Assembly (NCBI GenBank): GCA_963845085.1
Contig: CAWJQI010000001.1
Location: 96,001-160,000 of the forward strand
Origin: Candidatus Fermentibacterota bacterium
Lineage (GTDB): Bacteria > Fermentibacterota > Fermentibacteria > Fermentibacterales > JCC-6
Reading direction: 5' to 3'
DNA: 64,000 nucleotides
Shown: positions 9,047 to 17,460 of the stretch, one piece after another
Layout of the letters: every line of letters begins with the position of its first letter
How positions within the stretch are numbered: position 1 is the first letter of the stretch
Program-made: the position numbers and the translations under genes
Notes under the pieces: model-generated
The model's input: only the letters and a program-made list of their open reading frames with translations
Databases searched by the model: none
What the model was told of the DNA's origin: nothing

Positions 9047-10333
9047 TCAGATCCAGCCCCGCACCCTGCAGGCCTCGACCACGCGGCTGACGCTGATCAT
9101 GTAGGCGGCGTCGCGCATGTAGAGTTTCTGCTTCCGGGCGAGTTCGCTCACTGCGAGGAACGCGTCCGTCATCTTGACGTCCAGTTTGCCGAGGACTTCG
9201 TCCTTGGGCCAGAAGTAGTTCATGTTGCACTGGACCTGCTCGAAGTAGCTGCAGGTGACTCCGCCTGCGTTGGCAAGGAAGTCGGGGATGAGGAAGATGC
9301 CCTTTTCCTGGATGACCTTGTCGGCTTCGGGGGTCGTGGGGCCGTTGGCGCCTTCGGCGATGAGCCTGACGCGGGGCGAGATCCTTCCGACGTTGTCTTT
9401 GTGGATCTGGTTCTCGAGGGCGCAGGGGAACAGGATGTCAACGTCCTGATCGATCCAGTTCTCACCCGGAAGAACTTCGTAGCCGATCTCCCTGGCCTTG
9501 TCCTTGTTTATGCCGCCGAACTTGTCGGTGATCGCGAGAAGAGCATCGATGTCGACGCCGTCCATCTTCCTGAAGGAGTAGGATGTCTGGTCGGTCTGGT
9601 CCCAGGAGCTGACGCAGATGACCTTGCCGCCGAGCTGCGTGTAGAGCCTGATGGCGTACTGGGCCACGTTGCCGAAGCCCTGAACGCTTGCCTTTGTGTC
9701 GGAGGGGCGGATGCCGAGTTCCTTGAGGGCTTCACGAACGGTGAATACGACACCGTAACCGGTGGCCTCGGTGCGGCCCAGGGAACCGCCCATGCCGACC
9801 GGCTTGCCCGTGATCATGCCGGGGTACTTCGCGCCGGTGATGACTTCGTACTCGTCCATCATCCAGAGCATGTGCTGGGCGTTGGTCATGACGTCGGGTG
9901 CGGGCACGTCCTGAAGCGGGCCGACGTTTCTGGCGATCTGACGGATGTAACCCCTGCAGATCCTTTCCTGTTCCCGCTGGCTGAGATCGTGGGGGTCGCA
10001 GATGACGCCGCCCTTGCCGCCGCCGAGGGGAATGTCGACCACCGAGCACTTCCATGTCATCCACATGGAGAGGGCTCTGACGGTGTCAACGGTTTCCATG
10101 GGGTGGAAGCGTATGCCGCCCTTGGCGGGGCCGCGGGAGTCGTTGTGCTGGCATCTGAAGGCCTTGAAGACCTTGACGGTTCCGTCATCCATGCGCACCG
10201 GGATGCTGAAATGGAATTCCCTCATGGGGAAGCGAAGGAAGTCCCGGGCGCCCTGATCCAGTTTGAGGTAATCAGCAACCTTGTCAAACTGCTCCTGTGC
10301 CATTTGGAACGCGTTGAAGGTTCCGGTTGACAT
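9047..10333 (-). CDS. gdhA: Glutamate dehydrogenase (Glu/Leu/Phe/Val dehydrogenase family)
   Basis: Motifs GPAKGGIRFHP, MTWKC, GGGKGG, DVPAPD, TGKP...GGSLGRTEATG, QGFGNV, EGANGP and NAGGV. Confidence 0.96.
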   Translation of the reverse strand: MSTGTFNAFQMAQEQFDKVADYLKLDQGARDFLRFPMREFHFSIPVRMDDGTVKVFKAFRCQHNDSRGPAKGGIRFHPMETVDTVRALSMWMTWKCSVVDIPLGGGKGGVICDPHDLSQREQERICRGYIRQIARNVGPLQDVPAPDVMTNAQHMLWMMDEYEVITGAKYPGMITGKPVGMGGSLGRTEATGYGVVFTVREALKELGIRPSDTKASVQGFGNVAQYAIRLYTQLGGKVICVSSWDQTDQTSYSFRKMDGVDIDALLAITDKFGGINKDKAREIGYEVLPGENWIDQDVDILFPCALENQIHKDNVGRISPRVRLIAEGANGPTTPEADKVIQEKGIFLIPDFLANAGGVTCSYFEQVQCNMNYFWPKDEVLGKLDVKMTDAFLAVSELARKQKLYMRDAAYMISVSRVVEACRVRGWI

Positions 10334-10405
10334 CAGAAACTCCTCTCTTTGTGAATGCCCTTCAACGGACCGTCCGTTGAACGGCTTGGTTTCCTACCCT
10401 GTAAA

Positions 10406-10434
10406 ACTTTACCCATCATGGAATTAAGGGTCAA
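10406..10434 (-). promoter_or_regulatory. Sigma70-type promoter of gdhA
   Basis: Minus strand TTGACC-17 nt-TAAAGT, about 70 nt upstream of the ATG. Confidence 0.6.
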
Positions 10435-10570
10435 GAGAGCATGTGGACGATGAAATATTACAGAGCACTGCAAATCTACGAAAAAAGGAACGCGGGGGGA
10501 AGTGTCTGTCAATTCACAGCAAGTTGCCTGTGATCGAATCTGCTCGTTTCACACTGATACAGCCACCTCG

Positions 10571-10918
10571 TCAGAACTCGTAACCCACGCTCAATTCATC
10601 TCTTGAAAAGAATACGGAAACCTTCTTGGATTCCTGGGCGCGCGCGATCGTAAGGAAATCGAAGCTCTCCGTTCTTCCGCTCTCAGCCCAGGTGAGGGTG
10701 CACTGGGTCTCGCCGGCAGGCAACTCGAGATGGGAGTTGAATGTTTCGTCGGTCTCGATGTCGGTCCAGGTCTGCGATTCCCCGCCGATGGTCAGTGTGA
10801 CGGATTCAAGGTTCCGTCCCGTGCCGTTGTTGAGCGAGATCTTCCCCTCCTTGCCGCATGAGGCGAACACAAGAAGAAAAAGCAGGCTGCTGTAGGTGAA
10901 CCCCTTCTTCACGAGCAT
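10571..10918 (-). CDS. Hypothetical lipoprotein
   Basis: Basic N-terminus, hydrophobic stretch and lipobox FASC. Confidence 0.7.
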   Translation of the reverse strand: MLVKKGFTYSSLLFLLVFASCGKEGKISLNNGTGRNLESVTLTIGGESQTWTDIETDETFNSHLELPAGETQCTLTWAESGRTESFDFLTIARAQESKKVSVFFSRDELSVGYEF

Positions 10919-10996
10919 CTCCCTTCTGGAACGATATTCCCACGGAATGATAGTTGGAAGTATAATTCAATGTGTCGGTTCTCGGAAAGGAACGCA

Positions 10997-12970
10997 TTGA
11001 AGGCTGTCCTCATTCTCCTGCTGCTTGCAACAGCCCTGCCTGCAATCGGTTACGTGGGTCCGGGCGCCGGCTTCGGCATTGTGACAAGCCTGATGGTTTT
11101 CGTGAACGCCCTCGCGGTCTCCCTGATGTCGTTCCTTTTCTGGCCTGTGCTTGCGCTGGTTCGCAGGGCAAGGCAGCTGAGGCGACCCCTGAAGCCGAAG
11201 GCGAAAAGGCTTGTCATTCTGGGTCTCGACGGCCTTTCCCCCCTGCTTGTCGAGAAGATGTGGGAAAAGGGTGAACTCCCCAACCTGAAACGTCTCGCGG
11301 AAACCGGTGCATTCAGCCACCTCACCACCACCACTCCGGGTGTCTCCCCGGTGGCCTGGTCGAGCTTCCAGACCGGCGTCAACCCCGGCAAGCACGGCAT
11401 TTTCGATTTCCTTTCGCCCGACAGGAAACGCTACCTTGCAGTTCTCTCCTCGGTGCGGACCGTCACTGCAATGAAAAGGGGCTTCCTCGGCAGGAAGCGC
11501 CCGCACACCGTCCAGACCCTTTTAAGGAAAAGCAGGCCTTTCTGGAGCTACCTTGGAAAGTACGGCGTGAGATCCGCGGTGTTGAGGGTGCCCATCACAT
11601 TCCCCCCCGAACCGCTCGACGGACACCTGCTTTCCGGGATGTGCGTTCCGGATCTGAGGGGAAGCCAGGGTTCCTATACGGTGCTCACCGCCTCTGAACC
11701 GCTCGAAATGACGGGGGGTGTTCAAACCCGGCTCACGCCTGACGGCGAGAACCGCTGGAAGGGCGCCATACCGGGTCCCGAGGGTTCGCTTCCCTGCGAA
11801 GTCCGGCTCGACCTCGGCGGCAGGCACCCCAGGCTCCGCCTTCCCGGTGAGACGGTCAGGCTTTCCATGAACAGGCTGACCCCCTGGACCCAGCTCACAT
11901 TCAGACTGGGCGGCAGAAAGGTCCGGGGCATATCAAGGTTCATGCTCTCCGACGGACCGGTTCTCTACTGCAGCGCAATTCATGTCGATCCCTCGTCGCC
12001 GGCCGTTCCCCTGGGTCATCCCGTCCATTACTCCAGGTACCTGGCGGGAGTCGTGGGTCCCTATGCAACCCTCGGCCTTGCCGAGGATACATGGGCCCTG
12101 TCCAACGGCCATCTCGATGACGATTCCTTCATGACGCAGTGCACCGACATCTTCGGGGAAAGGGAGAGGATGTTCTTCGACGCCCTCTCCAAAAACCCCG
12201 CCGGTCTTGTTGTGTGCGTGTTCGACACACCCGACAGGGTGCAGCACATGTTCTGGGGAGACGGCTTCAGGGAAGGCTCCCCCATCAGGCGCATCTACGC
12301 CGAGATGGACGCCCTCGCCGGCAGGGTGATGAAAAAGCTGGGAAAGAACGACCGGCTGATCATCCTGAGCGACCATGGCTTCACCTCGTTCCACACATGT
12401 GTCGATTTCAACAGATGGCTCGTGCAGAACGGGTACATGACCCTCAAGGAAGGCGTTGAAACCGTCGGAACCTCCTTCAACGGGGTCGACTGGGAAAAGA
12501 CAAGGGCATACTCGATGGGTCTTTCCGGCATCAATATCAATCAGAGGGGCAGGGAAGCCCTGGGAACCGTCAGCCCGGAAGATTCCCCGGCCCTTGTCGC
12601 GGAGATAGCGGCCAGGCTCGAAAAGCTCGTGACAGACAAGGGCGAACGGGTCATACGAAGGGTCAGAACCGCAGCCACCGAGTACTCCGGACCCTACGCA
12701 GCCGACGGCCCCGACATAATCCCGGGCACTGCGAGGGGTTTCAGGGCGGGATGGAACTGCGTGACAGGCGGTGTGGGCAGGACCGTGATATCCCCGAACG
12801 AACACCACTGGAACGGCGACCACAGCTGCGACCCCGACCTCGTGAAGGGGGTTCTTTTCACAAGCTGGAAGCACCAGTGTGAATCCCCCTCCATTACGGA
12901 CATAGCACCCACGGCGCTTTCCATTCTCGGCGTTGCGCCCCCTCCTCACATGGACGGGAGCCCCCTGTGA
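10997..12970 (+). CDS. Alkaline phosphatase superfamily / type I phosphodiesterase-nucleotide pyrophosphatase, N-terminally membrane-anchored
   Basis: Motifs GLDG, PGVSPVAWSSFQTG, GKHGIFDF, DRVQH, SDHGF and WNGDH. TTG start follows AAAGGA; an alternative ATG is at 10970. Confidence 0.9.
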   Translation: MKAVLILLLLATALPAIGYVGPGAGFGIVTSLMVFVNALAVSLMSFLFWPVLALVRRARQLRRPLKPKAKRLVILGLDGLSPLLVEKMWEKGELPNLKRLAETGAFSHLTTTTPGVSPVAWSSFQTGVNPGKHGIFDFLSPDRKRYLAVLSSVRTVTAMKRGFLGRKRPHTVQTLLRKSRPFWSYLGKYGVRSAVLRVPITFPPEPLDGHLLSGMCVPDLRGSQGSYTVLTASEPLEMTGGVQTRLTPDGENRWKGAIPGPEGSLPCEVRLDLGGRHPRLRLPGETVRLSMNRLTPWTQLTFRLGGRKVRGISRFMLSDGPVLYCSAIHVDPSSPAVPLGHPVHYSRYLAGVVGPYATLGLAEDTWALSNGHLDDDSFMTQCTDIFGERERMFFDALSKNPAGLVVCVFDTPDRVQHMFWGDGFREGSPIRRIYAEMDALAGRVMKKLGKNDRLIILSDHGFTSFHTCVDFNRWLVQNGYMTLKEGVETVGTSFNGVDWEKTRAYSMGLSGININQRGREALGTVSPEDSPALVAEIAARLEKLVTDKGERVIRRVRTAATEYSGPYAADGPDIIPGTARGFRAGWNCVTGGVGRTVISPNEHHWNGDHSCDPDLVKGVLFTSWKHQCESPSITDIAPTALSILGVAPPPHMDGSPL

Positions 12971-14898
12971 ACCGGAGGGAGTTCCTCAAGACCGCCGCAG
13001 CGGGCTCGGCCCTCCTAGCACTGAGGGCCGGTTGCGGCGGCGGCGTCCTGCCGGGTGGAAAAAGGGTTCTCGTGGTTGCATTTGACGGCCTCGATCCCGG
13101 TCTGGTGGGAAGGTACGTTGCCGCTGGTCTCATGCCGAACACAAAAAGGCTGATCGAAATGGGCTCCCTGAGAAACCTCGCCACATCGAACCCGCCCCAG
13201 AGCCCGGTTGCCTGGTCCGGTTTCATCACCGGAAAGGGCCCCGACGTCCACGGCATATTCGACTTCGTGCAGAGAAACCCGGCGGACATGAAACCGTTCC
13301 TCTCCACCTCGAGGGTCAACCCCCCCGACAGGACGCTGAACGCAGGCAGCCTGAGGCTGCCGCTCTCCGGGGGCGGCGTGGAACTCCTGCGGCAGGGCGA
13401 TCCGTTCTGGAGGGGCATTCTGAACCAGGGCATACCGGTTACGATGATCAACCTTCCGGTTGACTTCCCCGCTCCGCAGGACCGCGGAGGTCGCTTCCTC
13501 TCGGGCATGGGCACGCCGGACATACAGGGAAGCCAGGGCAGCTTCACCTTCTACACCGACGACCCCAGGTCGCTCAGCGATGACACGGCAGGCGGAACCA
13601 TTGTCCCGGTCAGGGATTACGGCGACAATTGCTACAGGTGCAGGGTGGCGGGTCCGGCCAACTCCCTCATGGAGGGCGCCCCGATCATGGACACCACCGC
13701 CGAGGTCTGGGCCGACAGGGAGGCCGGAGCAGTGCGCATCGATGTGCAGGGCCGTTCCTTCGTGGTCGGTGAAAGGCAGTGGTCGCCGTGGGTTCGCTTC
13801 GCTTTCCCCGCAATACCGGGCATTTCTACGGTTCACGCCATCGGCAGGTTCTACCTCAAAGAGCTCTCCCCGAAACTCAAGCTCTACCTCTCCCCCCTCA
13901 ACATCGATCCGGAGAATCCCGCCCTTCCAATTTCGGGTCCCGACTGGTTTGCCAGAAGCATTGCCGAGAAAGTCGGGCTCTTCTACACGCAGGGTTTCCC
14001 GGAAGACACGAAGGCTCTCTCACGGGGCGTCTTCAACGACGACGACTACCACTCCCAGGCCGCCAACGTTTTCGACGAACGGCTCAGGATGTTCACAAGC
14101 GCGCTGAACGACTGGAACGACGGCCTGCTTTTCTTCTACTTCTCGTGCACCGACCTGAACCAGCACATGTTCTACCGCACCATCGAAACCGAGAGCCCCC
14201 TCTATTCATCAGTGGCCCCGCGGTTCAGGAACATCATGGGCGAGCTCTACGCAAAAGCCGACAGGGCGATCGGGCAGGCCATGGAGTTCATCGATTCCAC
14301 CACCGAGCTCATGATCATCTCCGACCACGGCTTCGCCCCGTTCAACAGGGGCTTCGGCCTCAACAGCTGGCTCGCCGCCGAGGGTTACGCCCACATCTCC
14401 ATTCCCGAGGACCGCAACAAGGACATGTTCGCCTGCCTTGACTGGAGCCGTACCGCCGCTTACGGCCTGGGTCTCAACGGCCTGTACATCAACCAGGCGG
14501 GCAGGGAGCCCGACGGCATTGTTACCGCCGATGAAAAGCCCTCCCTTCTTCAAAGGCTTGCAGCCGACCTCGAAAGGGCCGTCGACCCCATGAACGGACG
14601 GCGTCCGGTGGAAAAGGCCTATATCGTGAGCGAGCTCTTCCCCGGAGCCGTGATTCCCCCCTTCGCCCCCGACATTATCGTGGGCTACTCGAGGGGGTAC
14701 AGGTGCAGCTGGAAGACCGCACTCGGGGCATTTCCCGAAGAGGTCATAACCGACAACACCGATCCCTGGAGCGGCGATCATTGCATCGCCCCTAACCTCT
14801 GCCCCGGAAGCCTCCTGACAAGCACACCCATGCCCGGTGGTCTATCCCTGCTGGACATGGGCGGGGTGATCACCAGAACCCTCACGGGTGAAACATGA
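12967..14898 (+). CDS. Type I phosphodiesterase/nucleotide pyrophosphatase with twin-arginine signal
   Basis: MNRREFLK Tat motif. Core AFDG, PPQSPVAWSGFITG, HGIFDF, DLNQH, SDHGF and WSGDH. GTGA overlap with the upstream gene. Confidence 0.9.
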   Translation: MNRREFLKTAAAGSALLALRAGCGGGVLPGGKRVLVVAFDGLDPGLVGRYVAAGLMPNTKRLIEMGSLRNLATSNPPQSPVAWSGFITGKGPDVHGIFDFVQRNPADMKPFLSTSRVNPPDRTLNAGSLRLPLSGGGVELLRQGDPFWRGILNQGIPVTMINLPVDFPAPQDRGGRFLSGMGTPDIQGSQGSFTFYTDDPRSLSDDTAGGTIVPVRDYGDNCYRCRVAGPANSLMEGAPIMDTTAEVWADREAGAVRIDVQGRSFVVGERQWSPWVRFAFPAIPGISTVHAIGRFYLKELSPKLKLYLSPLNIDPENPALPISGPDWFARSIAEKVGLFYTQGFPEDTKALSRGVFNDDDYHSQAANVFDERLRMFTSALNDWNDGLLFFYFSCTDLNQHMFYRTIETESPLYSSVAPRFRNIMGELYAKADRAIGQAMEFIDSTTELMIISDHGFAPFNRGFGLNSWLAAEGYAHISIPEDRNKDMFACLDWSRTAAYGLGLNGLYINQAGREPDGIVTADEKPSLLQRLAADLERAVDPMNGRRPVEKAYIVSELFPGAVIPPFAPDIIVGYSRGYRCSWKTALGAFPEEVITDNTDPWSGDHCIAPNLCPGSLLTSTPMPGGLSLLDMGGVITRTLTGET

Positions 14899-15680
14899 CG
14901 CCCCTGTTCAACACCATCCTCTCCCCCCTGCGCGGCATGTACCCGTTCGCCGGCCTGCTCGCCGTCTCACTCGTGTTCGGGGTGTTCATGATCGTGGTTT
15001 TCAGGTTCACATCGGACCAGAAGGCCATCGGCAGGATAAGAAGACGGATGGGCGCAAGGGCCCTCGGCATGCTTCTTCACCTCCACTCCCCTCTCACCGT
15101 GCTGAAATCGGCAGCCGCCCTGATGGCCGACAATTTCGCATACCTCTGGCTGATCCTCAGACCCATGCTCGTGATGGCGATCCCGTTCCTCATCACCGCC
15201 GCACAGCTCGATGCAAGGTACGGCACCATGCCCATGCCGCGGGGAACCTCCACCACCGTCACGGTCACCTGGAACGAAATGCCCGCCAGGAACAGCCTGA
15301 CAATCGGTGGAACCGGCCTTTCCGTGATCGAGCCTGTCGTGTTCATCGACACACTCGGCGAGACGAGTTTCAGGGTTTCTTCGGGATTACCTGGTGCCGT
15401 CATAACCATCGGGGACGACTCATTCCCCGCGGGCGCCTCCGCGGAAGGTTCAGGCCGCATCATCTACCGGGGGGCAGCCCGCGGCGGCTTTCCCGGACGA
15501 CTCATGACGCCGTTCCTCTCCGGGATCGACGAGGGCAGCCCGGTCAGCGCGCTTCGGATCGACCTCGCCGAAGCCCGTTACAGGATCCTCGGCGGCAGAT
15601 GGAGCTGGCTCGGTGTATTCCTGTTCTACAGCAGCCTCTCCGCCATTGCGGGCGCAGCGGCTTTCAAGGTGAAGGTGTAA
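14895..15680 (+). CDS. Three-TM membrane protein, DUF106/EMC3/TMCO1-like
   Basis: TM1, then a basic helical loop (TSDQKAIGRIRRRM), then LRPMLVMAIPF (TM2), a soluble insert, and WSWLGVFLFYS (TM3). The family call is from pattern recognition only. Confidence 0.6.
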   Translation: MTPLFNTILSPLRGMYPFAGLLAVSLVFGVFMIVVFRFTSDQKAIGRIRRRMGARALGMLLHLHSPLTVLKSAAALMADNFAYLWLILRPMLVMAIPFLITAAQLDARYGTMPMPRGTSTTVTVTWNEMPARNSLTIGGTGLSVIEPVVFIDTLGETSFRVSSGLPGAVITIGDDSFPAGASAEGSGRIIYRGAARGGFPGRLMTPFLSGIDEGSPVSALRIDLAEARYRILGGRWSWLGVFLFYSSLSAIAGAAAFKVKV

Positions 15681-15683
15681 ATC

Positions 15684-15881
15684 ATGGCAAAGCTCAAGAT
15701 GAAGTTCGAGGGTGAATTCATGGCGAGGCTTGTGAAAGTCGCCGGAATCGGCGGCTACTCCTCTGTCGATGAGTTCGTTCTGCACGTTCTTGAACGCGAG
15801 ATGGACAAGCTCGATCCCCAAAAGGGCGAATCCGAGGAATCGATAAAAAAGAAGCTTGAGGGGCTCGGCTATATCTCCTGA
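15684..15881 (+). CDS. Small ribbon-helix-helix-like protein ending in K-L-x-x-L-G-Y-I motif
   Basis: 65 aa, starting 3 nt after the upstream stop. Contains GYSSVDEFVLHVLE and ends EESIKKKLEGLGYIS. Confidence 0.8.
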   Translation: MAKLKMKFEGEFMARLVKVAGIGGYSSVDEFVLHVLEREMDKLDPQKGESEESIKKKLEGLGYIS

Positions 15882-15997
15882 GCAATGGCCCCGGGAGGAT
15901 GGACGGCAGCCTTATCCACATGTGTTCTCGGAGATACCCGCAAAGGGTATTCGTTCATTCACATCGTGTTACACAGGAGATATCGCCCGGCTTCCGC

Positions 15998-17356
15998 CTA
16001 TCTCAGAAGCAGAAGCTCTTCGCAGTCTGAGTTGGTGCAGGAAGTCAAGCGGACGAAATACAGCCCGGAAGGCAGCGGGTTCCCGGACTGGTCTGCAGCA
16101 TCCCAGAGCATTGACTGCATGCTTTCTCCGGCGTCAACAGACCATTCCCTCAGAATCCTTCCGGCAAGGTCGACAACAGCGAGCTCGGAGCCCGGCTGTC
16201 CCGTGAAAAACTCGATTCGAGCTGCCTGTGTTACGGGATTGGGCGTTATTGACCCGATGCGGAGGTTCCCGGGGCTGACCTGCACACCGGTCTCCCACGT
16301 TGAGACCGCTGGCTCCAGTCTGTTGAGAAAGGCATGTCCGCTACCATACCCTGCAATGATGTACCCGCCGTCACCGGTTTGTGCGATGTCGTGGGTGGCA
16401 CACCCGTCTGGTTCATACGTACCAACCCATTCAACAGTGCCGAGCGAATCGATTTTCATGACAATGACTACTCCATTGCCGCCGGCAACGATGAAGCCGC
16501 CGTCGATTGTCTGAATCAGTTCGCGTGCCGATTCTATTTCAGCGTAGCTGTGCTCCCATATGACATTGCCAAGGGAATCCGTCCTTACTACGTATGAACC
16601 GCCGCACATGATGAATCCGTTGTCGGAAGTTTCCTGAACAGCCTGAAAACGGCCGTATCCAAACGCCCTGCTCCAAAGCCAGTTGCCTGATGCATCAAGA
16701 CGGGCAAGAAGAAACTTGTCGCCCGTGGTGTAGGGAGTTGTTCCCATGTAGCCGACAGCTGCGTAACCATCGCCGCCTGCATGGCAGATCGAGAAGAATT
16801 CGTCGTTGTAGGCGCTGAAGATGATGGTTTTCTGGTACTGCAGCGCGCCGATGGCGTTGGTGAAAAAGATTGCGGCGTCGATATCCGGATTGGTGTTTGT
16901 GTGCCCGCGTCCTGCAACAGTGAAGCCTCCGTCACTGCGTTCAAGAAGGGAGGCTCCGGCCTCGAATAAATAGCCTCCGAATGCCCTGGTCCACAGAAGG
17001 GCTCCATCCGTCGAAACCTTCATGAGCAGAACATCCATGTTCGAGTTCACGTAGGTATAGCCAGTGGTCACGATGCACCCGTCGCCCGTGATAACGTGCT
17101 CGTAGGCAGTGTCATTACCCATCAGCCCAGATTGGCGGGTCCAGACAGTGGCGCCGTCGGCATCGATCCTCGCCACCAATGCATCGGTATTGCTGGCTTC
17201 GCCCAGGTCACCGCTTATGATATATTCCGACATGTAGCTGGTTACTGCCCTGAAACAACGATAGTTATGATAAACAATACTCCAGAGGCTTTCGGGTGGC
17301 TGTGCGCCAACCCTTGAACAGAATGCTGCGAGCAGCAACGGGATGAACGCCTTCAT
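15998..17356 (-). CDS. Secreted beta-propeller-like protein with FlgD-Ig/T9SS-type C-terminal domain
   Basis: Signal peptide MKAFIPLLL after a GGAGG RBS. Repeats D..G...W...G and DGG(F/Y)I.AG. Tail PNP...DLAGR...WD...SGLYFVRL. Confidence 0.8.
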   Translation of the reverse strand: MKAFIPLLLAAFCSRVGAQPPESLWSIVYHNYRCFRAVTSYMSEYIISGDLGEASNTDALVARIDADGATVWTRQSGLMGNDTAYEHVITGDGCIVTTGYTYVNSNMDVLLMKVSTDGALLWTRAFGGYLFEAGASLLERSDGGFTVAGRGHTNTNPDIDAAIFFTNAIGALQYQKTIIFSAYNDEFFSICHAGGDGYAAVGYMGTTPYTTGDKFLLARLDASGNWLWSRAFGYGRFQAVQETSDNGFIMCGGSYVVRTDSLGNVIWEHSYAEIESARELIQTIDGGFIVAGGNGVVIVMKIDSLGTVEWVGTYEPDGCATHDIAQTGDGGYIIAGYGSGHAFLNRLEPAVSTWETGVQVSPGNLRIGSITPNPVTQAARIEFFTGQPGSELAVVDLAGRILREWSVDAGESMQSMLWDAADQSGNPLPSGLYFVRLTSCTNSDCEELLLLR

Positions 17357-17460
17357 TGTGCCCCTCCCCTGAACAATAATGCCCAATCAGCATTCAATTC
17401 ATACAGCATTCCATTGTGATGTCAATCAGCGTAACGAATGTTAATCGCCCCCCCCACCCC

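Noticed and set aside
15912..15920. Perfect DnaA box TTATCCACA
   Set aside because: It is a single copy with no box cluster, unwinding element or dnaA nearby, so it is not evidence of an origin.
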